This document shows positions 1-10,304 of a stretch of 64,000 nt of DNA, one piece after another. The stretch lies in the NCBI GenBank assembly GCA_037440465.1, contig JBBIUB010000001.1:128001-192000 (forward strand). Direction: 5' to 3'. Numbering within the stretch: position 1 is the first letter of the stretch; each line of letters opens with the position of its first letter. The notes under the pieces were generated by a model. It searched no databases, had not been told where the DNA came from, and saw nothing but the letters and a program-made list of their open reading frames with translations. Source of the stretch: Coprothermobacterota bacterium (GTDB lineage Bacteria > Coprothermobacterota > HKB111). The position numbers and the translations under genes are program-made.

Positions 1-1
1 A

Positions 2-1009
2 GCTCAAGAACAGGTTGTTAAATTAATTTACTCAGGACCTGCTGATATAAAAGAACTTCTCGTTGTTGATAAAAAAATTGTTTTTCTTCCTTTTTCTGAT
101 GAAATTGGCAAAAAAATAGAAGAAAAAGATGCTGATGCAGCTTTAGTAATTCAGGATGGAAAAGCCGTTATTCATTATGACCCCACTAAACCTACTTCTG
201 CTTATGCCAGCCAGAAGTTAAAGAATTATCTACTAATTTATAGCGAAAAAGTAATTGAAGCAAGACTCCAAAATATTGGGTTAGATCCGAATATCATTAA
301 GGTCTTTGATATAAAAGAGGAAAGTGTAGCTTCTCCAAGTAAAATGGGAGCTTTCTTTGCAGCAATGCTTATACCAATAATGATACTTTCTATAGGAATA
401 TCGGGGAACATGTACCTCTTTTCTGACATAGGTGCAGGAGAGAAAGAAAGGGGAACATTAGAACCTTTGTTAGCTACACCTGCTAAACGACAAGAAATCG
501 CTACAGGTAAATGGTTAGCAGTAAGCTCATTATCCTTTTTCTCAATAGTTCTTATGCTGGTGGTGATGCTTCTTACCATTAACTATGGCCAACCATTATT
601 TCTCATGCCCGGTCAAGAAGGGGCATCCTTAAAGCTTGAACCAATAGCACTGATAATCCTGACTCTGGGAGGACTTCTTTTAGCTCTTTCAGGTGGTGCT
701 TTACAGTTTACCATCTCCATCTGGGCGCGGAACATCCGGGAGGCTCAGCTCTACCTTGGCTATCTACCTATGGTAGTAATTTTACCAGTAGTATTTCTTA
801 ATATCATGGGGATTATGGGGAATATCCCTAACTGGTCTTACTATATACCTCTAATTAATCTCTATCCCATCATATATACAGCCATTATGAATGAGATGGT
901 ATTTAGCAAGATACTAATAGCTTTGAGTACAAATACACTACTGACCATCCTGGGAATAATGCTGGTTACCAGAATCCTAAATCGTGAGGAAGTTATTTTG
1001 AGGACTTAG
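2..1009 (+). CDS. ABC transporter permease, NatB/ABC-2 family (5' truncated by window edge)
   Basis: Frame is open from position 2; contains the GEKERGTLEPLLATP signature and multiple TM segments. Confidence 0.85.
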   Translation, partial: AQEQVVKLIYSGPADIKELLVVDKKIVFLPFSDEIGKKIEEKDADAALVIQDGKAVIHYDPTKPTSAYASQKLKNYLLIYSEKVIEARLQNIGLDPNIIKVFDIKEESVASPSKMGAFFAAMLIPIMILSIGISGNMYLFSDIGAGEKERGTLEPLLATPAKRQEIATGKWLAVSSLSFFSIVLMLVVMLLTINYGQPLFLMPGQEGASLKLEPIALIILTLGGLLLALSGGALQFTISIWARNIREAQLYLGYLPMVVILPVVFLNIMGIMGNIPNWSYYIPLINLYPIIYTAIMNEMVFSKILIALSTNTLLTILGIMLVTRILNREEVILRT

Positions 1010-1337
1010 ATATTTTCAAAACTTACATTATAAATTGGGAAAAGTTGAAAAGCTGAATTTTTAATGTTCAAAAATTGAGTAGGTTAAGTTCAAGGTGACA
1101 AAAAACCTGACATCATTTTTGTTACTATTAAGACAATTTAGCCTTTAATTTCACTCCGCTTTTCTACTTTTAATCAGTTAAAAACCATAAACTGAATAGT
1201 ATGTCATGGACATTACACAGGGCAATAGATGGTAATGGCACCATAACAGTATTTATCCAGTAATTAAAATATAAGAAATAGTAGCGAGAGTAAATTAATT
1301 AATAATATTTAAGTTATTTTCCCAATAAGTGAATTAG

Positions 1338-2052
1338 TTACAACTTCCAGAGTAATCTGTTGGATATAATCTTATAACTAATCAGGCCTCTTGACAGTAG
1401 AGAGGATAGATATGCCATTATTGGTGTGTTTACCAGATAATACTCTCCCATACCTGTAATGTTGACTCCATGGTGATCACATAATTCTTTCAAAATCCCG
1501 GATACTTCTTTCTCTTCTTTGAGAATATCAAGAATAAGGTTTTCGTTTTCTTTGATAGCATTCAAGTTAAACTCTATCAACTCTTTTAGATTATCCCCTG
1601 GTTGAGCATGGGTTGGCACATAAAACTTATATTTTGATTCTCTCAACCAATTCAAAGTATCCTTACATTTATCGATATCAATGGCGAAAATTACTCTGTA
1701 TTTATCTATTATTTCTCTTGAAAATATAGCATCTGCGAGGAAAAGTACCCCATCAATTTCCAGTCCAATCTGGTTGGGAGAATGACCCGCTAGAGGAATC
1801 ACTTTAAACTCCACTTCATTCAATTTAAAATCTTTTTCTGATATGACCATATCTACACAAGATGGTTTAGATAAAAAGAATTTTTCTGTTAAAGTAGAGG
1901 GAGGATTAGCACCAGAAAAAAGATACAAAGGCTCAAGAATGGGATTTTCTATGATGGCCAATTCAACTGAAGGTGCAAGAATCTTTGCACCTGTCTTTTC
2001 TTTAATGAAATAATTCCCTCCAAATATCCCTTTCTATCTTAATAAGCTCCAA
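1338..2052 (-). pseudogene. MBL-fold metallo-hydrolase with internal deletion and frameshift
   Basis: GGAGG + TTG at 2052 gives MELIKIERDIW, then another frame continues FGGNYFIKEKTGAKILAP...LAGHSPNQIG...LADA...PTH; the HxHxDH motif is absent. Confidence 0.7.
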
Positions 2053-2070
2053 TATAAGAACCTCCGGAAC

Positions 2071-2778
2071 TTATCCTCCTAAGTATGCTTCCTTTACCTT
2101 AGGGTTCTCTTTTAGATTTTTACATGACCCCTCTAATACTATATTGCCAACCTCCATTAAATAACCGTAGTCGGAGTATTCTAAAGCCATTCTGGCATTT
2201 TGTTCTACCAGAAGAATAGTTGTCCCAAACTCATTTATTTTTTTTATAACTTCAAAAAGTTCATTAACCAGGACTGGTGCTAAACCCATAGATGGTTCAT
2301 CCAATAGCATCAGCTTACCTTTTGTTACCATGGCACGTGCCACAGCTAACATCTGCTGTTCTCCTCCAGAAAGTGTTCCAGCAGTCTGTGTTGACCTTTC
2401 CTTAAGTCGAGGGAATAGTGAAAAAACCAGTTCAAGGTCACCTTTTATCTCTTTTTTATTTTTTCTTGTCCAACCCGCTAATTCGAGATTCTCTAAAACA
2501 GTTAGGGTAGAAAATACTTTCCTTCCTTCTGGGACATGTGCAATCCCCATAGAAACGATTTCATGTGCAGGCGTTTTTGTAATATCCTTTCCGTCAAAGA
2601 TTATGATCCCTTCTTTGGGAACTAACCCGGAGATTGCTCGTAATGTCGTTGATTTACCTGCTCCATTAGCTCCAATGAGAGTTATAATCTTTCCTTTCTC
2701 AACCTGGAAATTTATCTCTTTTAGAGCCCTTATTCCTCCATAGGACACTTTGAGGTTTTTTGCTTCCAGTATTATCAT
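2071..2778 (-). CDS. livF: Branched-chain amino acid ABC transporter ATPase
   Basis: GANGAGKS, LSGGEQQMLA, LLDEPSMGLAP. Confidence 0.93.
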   Translation of the reverse strand: MIILEAKNLKVSYGGIRALKEINFQVEKGKIITLIGANGAGKSTTLRAISGLVPKEGIIIFDGKDITKTPAHEIVSMGIAHVPEGRKVFSTLTVLENLELAGWTRKNKKEIKGDLELVFSLFPRLKERSTQTAGTLSGGEQQMLAVARAMVTKGKLMLLDEPSMGLAPVLVNELFEVIKKINEFGTTILLVEQNARMALEYSDYGYLMEVGNIVLEGSCKNLKENPKVKEAYLGG

Positions 2779-3554
2779 TACAGTTCAACCCTCCCCTTCC
2801 CCAGATAAGCCTCAATAACTTTAGCATTGTTCTGAATATCACTAGGTGTACCTTCTGCTATAGTTACTCCAAAATCCATAACTTTTATCCACTCACATAT
2901 CTTCATAACAAATCTCATTTGGTGCTCAATAACTAAAAGGGTAAGGCCAAATTCTCTCTTTATATTTAGAAGTAGCTCCATTAAGGCATCTATTTCTCTA
3001 GGGTTCATACCTGCTGCTGGTTCGTCCAGTAATAGTACTCTGGGTTTGGTTGCCAAAGCTCGGGCTATCTCCAGCCTCCTTTGCTCTCCATAAGGTAAGT
3101 TTTTAGCCAATTCTCCTGCTCTATGCACCAAACCAAGGGTTTCCAGTAGCTGTATTGATTCACCTTTTATTCTTTTTTCTTCTCTATCATAAAAGGAATT
3201 CCTCAAAAAAACATCAAAATATCTGGCTTTATATTTAAGGTGAAAACCTATTCTAACGTTGTCAAGAACAGTAAGATTTCCAAATAACCTTATATTCTGG
3301 AATGTCCTGGCTACACCCCTGGAAATTACCTCATGAGGTTTGAGTTTTGTTATTTCTTCACCTTTGAAATAAATAGAGCCCTTTGTGGGGATATATACAC
3401 CTGTAACAAGATTAAAAACTGTTGTTTTACCAGCACCGTTTGGTCCTATTATTCCCCATAAGGCACCTTCTGGTAGTTCAAGATTAAAGTTAATAACAGC
3501 CTTGAGTCCACCAAAGAACTGAGTTAACTCGGTGGTAGTTAGTACAGCTCCCAT
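2778..3554 (-). CDS. livG: Branched-chain amino acid ABC transporter ATPase
   Basis: GPNGAGKT, RTFQNIRLF, LPYGEQRRLEIARAL, VIEAYLG. Confidence 0.93.
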   Translation of the reverse strand: MGAVLTTTELTQFFGGLKAVINFNLELPEGALWGIIGPNGAGKTTVFNLVTGVYIPTKGSIYFKGEEITKLKPHEVISRGVARTFQNIRLFGNLTVLDNVRIGFHLKYKARYFDVFLRNSFYDREEKRIKGESIQLLETLGLVHRAGELAKNLPYGEQRRLEIARALATKPRVLLLDEPAAGMNPREIDALMELLLNIKREFGLTLLVIEHQMRFVMKICEWIKVMDFGVTIAEGTPSDIQNNAKVIEAYLGKGRVEL

Positions 3555-4562
3555 TTATCTATCCTCCTCAGGAATAAGTATTTTTGCCTCTTTTCCCCCA
3601 AACAACCCTTCAGGTCTGAAGAGAATAATTATAATAAGTAAGAAGGAATAAAGTACCATCCTCCATTCCTGCCCTACCTCAAAACCCCACCTTGGCAGTG
3701 TAAAACTACTCATTGAAGAAAAAAGCACAGGAAGAGCATATCTTTCCAGAACAGTTAGAACAAAGGCTGCTAGAATTGAGCCTGTCAGACTTCCCATTCC
3801 TCCAACATATAAAAATACCAGTAATAAAATTGAACCCATAAAACCAAATTGCGTAGGGTGAGCAATCTTAATAAGATGGCAGAGTAAACCACCACCAATT
3901 CCAGCAAAGAATGCCCCTACTGTGAAGGCGAACATCTTATATTTTGTGGTATCAACACCAACCAAAGCGGAGGCTATATAGTCTTCCCGAATAGATAAAA
4001 GGGCACGACCATAGCTGGAATAAATAATATTTCTTAATATTAGTATGGTCAGGAAGGTTATCAAAAATATAATTGTGAAGTCTGAAATACGGGGTATTCC
4101 TAAAAGACCTCTTGGTCCTCCAACATAGTCAATGTTATTAATAATCACCCTTATCATTTCTCCAAACCCCAGGGTAGTTATTGCCAGATAATCACCCCTA
4201 AGTCTGAAGCTAGGGATGCTTATTAAGAAACCAGCTAACGCTGCAGCGATTCCACCTAAAGTGAGGGCAACCAGGAAAAGTGGTACGCGAGTATGCATGG
4301 GAGTATCAATAGATAATTTCCAGATCAGGGTGGTTAAAATACCAGAAATGTAAGCTCCGATACCTGCAAAACCCATATGTCCAATAGAAAACTGGCCAGT
4401 AAAACCGTTAATGAGATTCAAACTGGATGTAAGAATCATATAAACCAAAGATAAATTTATAACTAACATGGGGAAATCGCCAAGAAACCCTATAGTTTTT
4501 AATCCAAATACAACCAGATAAACTGCCAGACCTGCTAAAATAAGTTTTAAATCCCTTTTCAT
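3555..4562 (-). CDS. livM: Branched-chain amino acid ABC transporter permease
   Basis: LNLINGFTGQFSIGH, RLRGDYLAITTLGFGE, RPEGLFG. Confidence 0.92.
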   Translation of the reverse strand: MKRDLKLILAGLAVYLVVFGLKTIGFLGDFPMLVINLSLVYMILTSSLNLINGFTGQFSIGHMGFAGIGAYISGILTTLIWKLSIDTPMHTRVPLFLVALTLGGIAAALAGFLISIPSFRLRGDYLAITTLGFGEMIRVIINNIDYVGGPRGLLGIPRISDFTIIFLITFLTILILRNIIYSSYGRALLSIREDYIASALVGVDTTKYKMFAFTVGAFFAGIGGGLLCHLIKIAHPTQFGFMGSILLLVFLYVGGMGSLTGSILAAFVLTVLERYALPVLFSSMSSFTLPRWGFEVGQEWRMVLYSFLLIIIILFRPEGLFGGKEAKILIPEEDR

Positions 4563-4570
4563 ATCTTCTC

Positions 4571-5482
4571 CTACACCTTTTCAGCAGTCTTCTCCCCCAG
4601 TATTCCTTGAGGTCTAAAGAGAAGAACTAATATTAAGATAGCAAAGGCTATACCCTCTCCGTATAGAGAGCGATAAGCAGTGGCATAAGTTTCAGCAATG
4701 CCCATTATATAGCCACCCAGCATTGCACCAGGTATATTCCCTATACCTCCTAAAACAGCAGCTACAAAAGCTTTTAAGCCTGGTAGAATACCCATGTAGG
4801 GAAAAATCCTGGGGTATGTTATGGAAGCCAGAAGGCCTGCAGCACCAGCAAAAGAACCCCCTATAAAAAATGTGAAAGTAATAATTTTCTCTACATCTAT
4901 TCCCATAAGTCTTGCAGCATCTTTATCCAGAGCCACTGCCCTCATTGCTTTCCCCATCATCGTTTTTCTTACTATAAAAGTAAGGAAAAGCATTAAACTT
5001 ATTGTCACAGCCAGATTAATTATCTGATAGTTATTAAGTTGTATTAAACCAAATTGATAAGGTCTTCTCTGAATAATCTCAGGAAAAGCCCTAAAGGAAG
5101 CGCCTATAAAAGGTAATGAGGAAAAGAGGTATTCGATAAACATAGATACACCAATTGCTGCGATCAGGGCAGAAAGTCTTGGACGGTATCTTAGAGGCTT
5201 ATAGACTAATCGATTGGTTAACATGGCTGCGCATGCAGAAGCAAGCATACTCCCAATAAATATCAGCACAATGGGAGCATTACCTAGCCTTGCTACTAAA
5301 TAAGTGGACATAAAAAAAGCAGCATAGGCACCTATCATAAAAAAATCCCCATGAGCAAAATTTATCAACCTAATTATGCCATACACCATGGTATAACCCA
5401 GGGCAATCAGAGCATATATAGAGCCTAATTGAATCCCATTAACTAACTGCTTGAAATTGAATATAGCGCTGATAGTTTCCAT
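4571..5482 (-). CDS. livH: Branched-chain amino acid ABC transporter permease
   Basis: GSIYALIALGYTMVYG, INFAHG, KAFVAAVLGGIG. Confidence 0.93.
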   Translation of the reverse strand: METISAIFNFKQLVNGIQLGSIYALIALGYTMVYGIIRLINFAHGDFFMIGAYAAFFMSTYLVARLGNAPIVLIFIGSMLASACAAMLTNRLVYKPLRYRPRLSALIAAIGVSMFIEYLFSSLPFIGASFRAFPEIIQRRPYQFGLIQLNNYQIINLAVTISLMLFLTFIVRKTMMGKAMRAVALDKDAARLMGIDVEKIITFTFFIGGSFAGAAGLLASITYPRIFPYMGILPGLKAFVAAVLGGIGNIPGAMLGGYIMGIAETYATAYRSLYGEGIAFAILILVLLFRPQGILGEKTAEKV

Positions 5483-5542
5483 AGAGTATTAACTTTCTCC
5501 TTTATTCACGCATAAATCAAAACGATTTTTATAACAAAAGAT

Positions 5543-5569
5543 GGGGGGAGGCAGATGTGCTCTCCCCCC
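5543..5569 (-). terminator. GC-rich hairpin after livK (partial terminator or mRNA stabiliser)
   Basis: GGGGGGAG...CTCCCCCC inverted repeat followed by CTTTTGTT on the minus strand. Confidence 0.6.
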
Positions 5570-5595
5570 TTTAATTACAAACCTGCTATATCAGT

Positions 5596-6732
5596 TTATG
5601 GCTCTACGGTTGCTCTGTAAATGTGCTTACCACCCTTAATCTCAATTATTACAGCAGACTTAATGGGGTCACCATTTTCATCAAATTGAATAACACCAGA
5701 AACAGCACTGAACTTAGCTACTTTCAGAGCATCCTTAATCTTTGTGCCATCTGTTGAGCCAGCTCTCTTAATAGCATCAAACATAACATTTGCAGCATCA
5801 TAAGCTAAAGCTGCCAGAGCATCAGGGTCTGTGCCAAATTTGGCTTTGAACCTGTTCACAAAATCCTGCACAATAGGCCTTGTGTCATCTTTAGAAAAAT
5901 GGTTGGTATAGAAGCCTCCTTCAATAGCATCTCCACCTATCTTGACAAGATCCGGAGAATCCCATCCATCTCCACCAAGGAAAGCACCTGTGAAGCCAAG
6001 GGCTCTGGCTTGTTTGGCAATTAATCCAGCATCGTTGTAGTAATCCGGGATGTAAATAAGTTCTGGGCCTGCAGCAATAATTTTTGTTAGTTGAGCATGA
6101 AAGTCGGTAACTCCAGCTGGATGTCCTTCAAAAGCTACAATGGTTCCACCAAGCTTTACAAACTGAGCTTGAAAGAATTCTGCTAGTCCTTTTGTATAGT
6201 CGTTTGCAATATCGTAAAGTACTCCTACTTTCTTTAGTCCGAGATTCTTGTAAGCAAAGTTTGCCCCTACTGTTCCCTGGAATGGGTCAAGGAAACAAGC
6301 CCTGAAGATAAAATCTTTACCAATCGTAACTTTGGGGTTAGTAGAAGTTGGAGAGATCATAGGGATCTTACTTTCTTGAGCTACAGAAGACATAGGAATA
6401 GAGCACTTACTCATAACTGTCCCCACAATTGCATATACCTTCTCCATCTCAATTAACCTGGTTGCTTCACTTACTGCTGTTGTAGGGTCTCCCTTATCGT
6501 CTGCTACTTTCAAGAAAATTTTTCTCCCAAGAATCCCTCCATTGGCATTCCACTCCTCAGCAGCAAGCTCTACTCCCTGCTTAGTAGAAATGCCAAAGGT
6601 AGCAGCTTCACCACTTATTGGAGCTACAACCCCAATTACAATATCTCCCACTTCAGCTTTAGGTTTAACAAAATAATATGCAACACCAGCAACTACAAGC
6701 ACCACTACTAAAATCCAAACCCAATTTTTCAT
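5596..6732 (-). CDS. livK: Branched-chain amino acid ABC substrate-binding protein
   Basis: N-terminal membrane anchor, INANGG-like ANGGILGRKI, FRACFLDPFQG, GGDGWD; first gene of the liv operon. Confidence 0.9.
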   Translation of the reverse strand: MKNWVWILVVVLVVAGVAYYFVKPKAEVGDIVIGVVAPISGEAATFGISTKQGVELAAEEWNANGGILGRKIFLKVADDKGDPTTAVSEATRLIEMEKVYAIVGTVMSKCSIPMSSVAQESKIPMISPTSTNPKVTIGKDFIFRACFLDPFQGTVGANFAYKNLGLKKVGVLYDIANDYTKGLAEFFQAQFVKLGGTIVAFEGHPAGVTDFHAQLTKIIAAGPELIYIPDYYNDAGLIAKQARALGFTGAFLGGDGWDSPDLVKIGGDAIEGGFYTNHFSKDDTRPIVQDFVNRFKAKFGTDPDALAALAYDAANVMFDAIKRAGSTDGTKIKDALKVAKFSAVSGVIQFDENGDPIKSAVIIEIKGGKHIYRATVEP

Positions 6733-6762
6733 GCCTTTACCTCCTTAAAAATAGTTTCGCCT

Positions 6763-6791
6763 ATTCTATCAATCATTTTCAATTCTGTCAA
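6763..6791 (-). promoter_or_regulatory. sigma70 promoter of liv operon
   Basis: TTGACA-17 nt-TAGAAT on the minus strand, upstream of an AAGGAGG SD. Confidence 0.75.
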
Positions 6792-6856
6792 TGTTTTTTA
6801 CAAAAGTTGATGTTACTATTTTGAAATGTTAAGGATTATTAGTATTATGAAACAAT

Positions 6857-6902
6857 ATGCTGAAACGATGATAAATTAAGTTCAGCACATAGTTCAACAT
6901 GA
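6857..6902. repeat. REP-like palindrome family A (nested form)
   Basis: atgctgaaac-[gatgataaattaagttcagcacatag]-ttcaacatga, related to the copies at 47.3-47.6 kb. Confidence 0.55.
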
Positions 6903-7186
6903 AAATAATAAAATAGATTCAGAAGATAAAAAAATAGATATTTATTTATAGTCAAGACCTTAACCTTAATCTACTCCGCTTTTTAATTTTAAATATCCTG
7001 TTATTTAACAATTCCTAAACATATTTTTTAAAAACACCTTTTTATCTAAGAATAACCAAAAAAATTAGAATTTTTAAATGAAAAAAATACTTAAATAAAG
7101 GAATCATATAGCATACCAGGAAATATTCATATGATTTAAATAGCATTAAAAAGTATAGTTAAACACTAAGATATGTTTATTGGAAG

Positions 7187-8005
7187 TTATTTAATCTTCT
7201 CTTCAAGAAAGAGGGTCTTCTGGTAAGCAGCCCAAACGGCTTTTGATATAGCTGTTCTGAAATTTTCTTTTTCCAGTTGATAAAGAGCTTCTGCTGATGT
7301 TCCTCCTGGTGAAGTTACCATATTCTTAAGTTCTGCTGGATGTTGTGATGTATGGATAGCCAGAAGAGTAGAGCCAAGTATAGTCTTTAATACCATTTCT
7401 TTTGCAAGATCTCGAGGAAAACCCAGATGAACTGCTGCATCTACAAATGCTTCAATAAAAAGAAAAATATAACTGGGTCCTGTTCCACTTACTGCTGTGG
7501 CCATGGCAACATACTGTTCATCTTCTACATATATCTCCTCCCCGAGAGCCTTCAACACTTCCCTTACCTTTTCCTTTGTATCATCATCAACCTCAGGAGT
7601 GCCTGTCCAGAGGGTTACTCCCTTTCCTATCTGGGCTGGAGTATTGGGCATAGACCTCACTATCTTGTTGTGTTTTAAACCTTCCCGGAGAAAAGATAGG
7701 GTAGCACCAGCAGCAATGGATATGACAACCTGTTTTTCCTCAAGCTTTCCCTGAAGGTCAGAAAAAACCGCCTTAAGGTTCTGCGGTTTTACTGATAAAA
7801 CTATAATATCAGAACCCTGAGCTGCTTCTAAATTAGAAGTAGTTACTTTTATTCCGAATTCGTTCTTTAAGCCATCTAATTTAGAAAGACGAGGTCCACT
7901 GGCGATGATATTTTTCGCACCTGATAGTTTATTAGTAAGTAATCCCTGAATAAAACTCCTGGCCATGGCTCCGCCGCCAATAAAAGATATTTTATCTATT
8001 TTCAT
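7187..8005 (-). CDS. proC: Pyrroline-5-carboxylate reductase
   Basis: FIGGGAMA, VRSMPNTP, SGTGPSY, VTSPGGT. Confidence 0.95.
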   Translation of the reverse strand: MKIDKISFIGGGAMARSFIQGLLTNKLSGAKNIIASGPRLSKLDGLKNEFGIKVTTSNLEAAQGSDIIVLSVKPQNLKAVFSDLQGKLEEKQVVISIAAGATLSFLREGLKHNKIVRSMPNTPAQIGKGVTLWTGTPEVDDDTKEKVREVLKALGEEIYVEDEQYVAMATAVSGTGPSYIFLFIEAFVDAAVHLGFPRDLAKEMVLKTILGSTLLAIHTSQHPAELKNMVTSPGGTSAEALYQLEKENFRTAISKAVWAAYQKTLFLEEKIK

Positions 8006-8067
8006 ATTAGTCTCCTTCTTCTGATAGAATCAATTCATATTGTTTCTCAGTACTTATCTGATTATTA

Positions 8068-9582
8068 CTAAATTTTACCTTCAACACCAGAGGACTTTAA
8101 CAAAAACCTTTTGAAATCCTCAAGTTCCCTACTTAAAGATCTATCTTCTTTGAAGGGAGTAAGGAATTTACTATTTTCATCAAAAAAACGACGTGTTCCT
8201 CTGCCAGATAATTCCAAGCCTTGTCTTCTTACTGCTTCAAAAGAAACATACAATTCGATTGTAACTAATGAATAAAGATTATTAATTAGATCAAGAAGTT
8301 TCAAGACAGCATTCATCCCCATGCTTACATGGTCTTCCTGCCCTTGTGCTGTTGGTATAGAATCTGAAGAAGCAGGGTGGGTAAGGACTTTATTATAATT
8401 CACCAGAGAGGCAGCCTGATATTGAAGAAGCATAAGCCCATTATCAACTCCAGGTCTTTCTGCCAGATAAGTATGAAGTGATTTTTCGTATGTGCCACTT
8501 AAAATTTTATCAACTCTTCTTTCAGAGATAGACCCAAGAAAACTCAAAGCCAAATTTAGTGTATCCGCAGCCCAAGCAAGAGGAGCACCATGAAAATTAC
8601 CCTGACTGATAACCCGACCGTCAGAGGTAATAAGAGGATTGTCTGTGACAGAGTTTATTTCAGTTTCAATGATATCTTTTATAATTGATAAAGCCAAAAA
8701 AACAGTTCCATGTACTTGAGGAATGCATCTTATAGAATAGGCTTCTTGAACTCTATGAAGAGGAAGTGGGTTTATCAATTTACTATCCCGTAGATTATCT
8801 CTAATACTAAGTATGGTTTCTTTGAACCCTTTATGCGGACGTAAAGTAAAAACTTCATCTTCTAAAAAAGATGTTGAGGATCTCATAGCTTCAATTGTCA
8901 TAGAAGCTGCTAAGTTAAATAGTTTCCAGAGGTTTTTTCCAAGATGATAAGAATAGATAAGAAGGGATAACATTGCTTGAGTTCCATTTATTAATGCAAG
9001 CCCTTCCTTGAGCTTTAGAGGATAAGGTTTTAGTTTTAAAAAATCAAGAGCTTCGTTGCCTTTCATATGTTGGCCCTTCAACTGAACCTCTCCTTCTCCT
9101 ACTAAGGGTTGAGCTAAGTGTGCTAAAGGAATTAGATCGCCAGAAGCTCCAACTGAACCTCTTCTTGGAACTACAGGGTATACTTCATTGTTTAGAAACT
9201 CAATAAGATACCTAACCAGTTCCCCCCTTACACCTGAATAATTATTAAGTAGAGTGTGCGCTCTTAAAAGAAGCATAGCCCGTATCACAGGCTCTGGCAA
9301 TGGTTCCCCTAAGCCCTGAGCATGGCTTAGAATCAATTTTTTCTGAAGAAGGTGCGATTCTTCAGGAGTTACACCAATTTCCGATAGCGATCCAAACCCT
9401 GTAGTAATTCCATAAATCTGCTGACCACTCATAACAATTTTCTCTAAAACCAAGAATGTTTCATTCATCTTATTAAGTATAGTAGGATGTAGAATTACTT
9501 TTCTCTTTTCAAGAGCTACTTCGAGAACTTCATAAAGAGTTATGGGTTGATCACTTAGAATAAGTTCGTCTTTGTTATCCAA
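8068..9582 (-). CDS. hutH: Histidine ammonia-lyase (HAL/PAL family)
   Basis: YGITTGFG, MIO motif GSVGASGDL, KEGLALINGT, GNFHG, QEDHVSMG. Confidence 0.88.
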   Translation of the reverse strand: MDNKDELILSDQPITLYEVLEVALEKRKVILHPTILNKMNETFLVLEKIVMSGQQIYGITTGFGSLSEIGVTPEESHLLQKKLILSHAQGLGEPLPEPVIRAMLLLRAHTLLNNYSGVRGELVRYLIEFLNNEVYPVVPRRGSVGASGDLIPLAHLAQPLVGEGEVQLKGQHMKGNEALDFLKLKPYPLKLKEGLALINGTQAMLSLLIYSYHLGKNLWKLFNLAASMTIEAMRSSTSFLEDEVFTLRPHKGFKETILSIRDNLRDSKLINPLPLHRVQEAYSIRCIPQVHGTVFLALSIIKDIIETEINSVTDNPLITSDGRVISQGNFHGAPLAWAADTLNLALSFLGSISERRVDKILSGTYEKSLHTYLAERPGVDNGLMLLQYQAASLVNYNKVLTHPASSDSIPTAQGQEDHVSMGMNAVLKLLDLINNLYSLVTIELYVSFEAVRRQGLELSGRGTRRFFDENSKFLTPFKEDRSLSRELEDFKRFLLKSSGVEGKI

Positions 9583-9588
9583 TAAGCC

Positions 9589-9966
9589 TCACTCCAATAT
9601 TACCAGAGAGTCTCCGGTATTAACTACCTTTCCTTCTGAAACTAAAAGTTCAAATACTATACCATCTCGAGGTACCAATATCTCACTTTCCATTTTCATC
9701 GCTTCTATTAAAATAATTGCTTCTCCTTTTTTAATTGACTGGCCTTTTTGTGTCCTTATCTTTAAAATCCTACCAGGCAAGGGGGCTTTTACAATAACTT
9801 TTGAGCTTTCAGTAGACAAAGATGTTTGTTTTACAGTATCAACTTCTGAAGTTAAATTTCTTTCAATAATCTCCTGCTGTTGCACTTGTCTAACATCTTC
9901 CTTTATCTCTTCAACCTCGACTTCAAATAATTTTCCTTCTACTCTAACCCGAAAACGTCGTTGCAT
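9589..9966 (-). CDS. Biotin carboxyl carrier subunit (methylmalonyl-CoA decarboxylase gamma-like)
   Basis: EAMKM biotinylation motif; N-terminal FRVRVEGKLFEVEVEE. Confidence 0.9.
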   Translation of the reverse strand: MQRRFRVRVEGKLFEVEVEEIKEDVRQVQQQEIIERNLTSEVDTVKQTSLSTESSKVIVKAPLPGRILKIRTQKGQSIKKGEAIILIEAMKMESEILVPRDGIVFELLVSEGKVVNTGDSLVILE

Positions 9967-9969
9967 ATA

Positions 9970-10284
9970 TTACCTCCATGATAGTCTTCGTGAAGATTCC
10001 AAAATTGAACATACTAAATTTCTAGATGTCTGCTTACGACCTGGTAAAATAATTCTATTTTCTTTCTCCTCTTCAAGTAGATAAAGAACTGCCCCCAGAA
10101 CAGCAGCTTGAGTCAAATGAATTTCGCTTTTTTCCATTTTATTCCTGCTTATGTTTTCAGTTATCATTTTTCTTTTGGTTCTGGTAAGTAAAATACCCAT
10201 AAGAAAAACAAGAAACCCTAAAGAACCAAGCACTACAAAAGTAGTAAACAATCCATTAATAGAAATTAATAAAACATCTTTCAC
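9970..10284 (-). CDS. OadG/MmdD-like small membrane subunit
   Basis: Single N-terminal TM helix, AAVLGAV segment, position between carboxyltransferase and BCCP. Confidence 0.65.
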   Translation of the reverse strand: MKDVLLISINGLFTTFVVLGSLGFLVFLMGILLTRTKRKMITENISRNKMEKSEIHLTQAAVLGAVLYLLEEEKENRIILPGRKQTSRNLVCSILESSRRLSWR

Positions 10285-10304
10285 TTCTATACTCCAAAGA
10301 TTAA

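Noticed and set aside
1201..1263. 20-codon ORF with HRAIDGNGT, resembling the Fic motif
   Set aside because: Too short, motif imperfect, no SD or further homology visible
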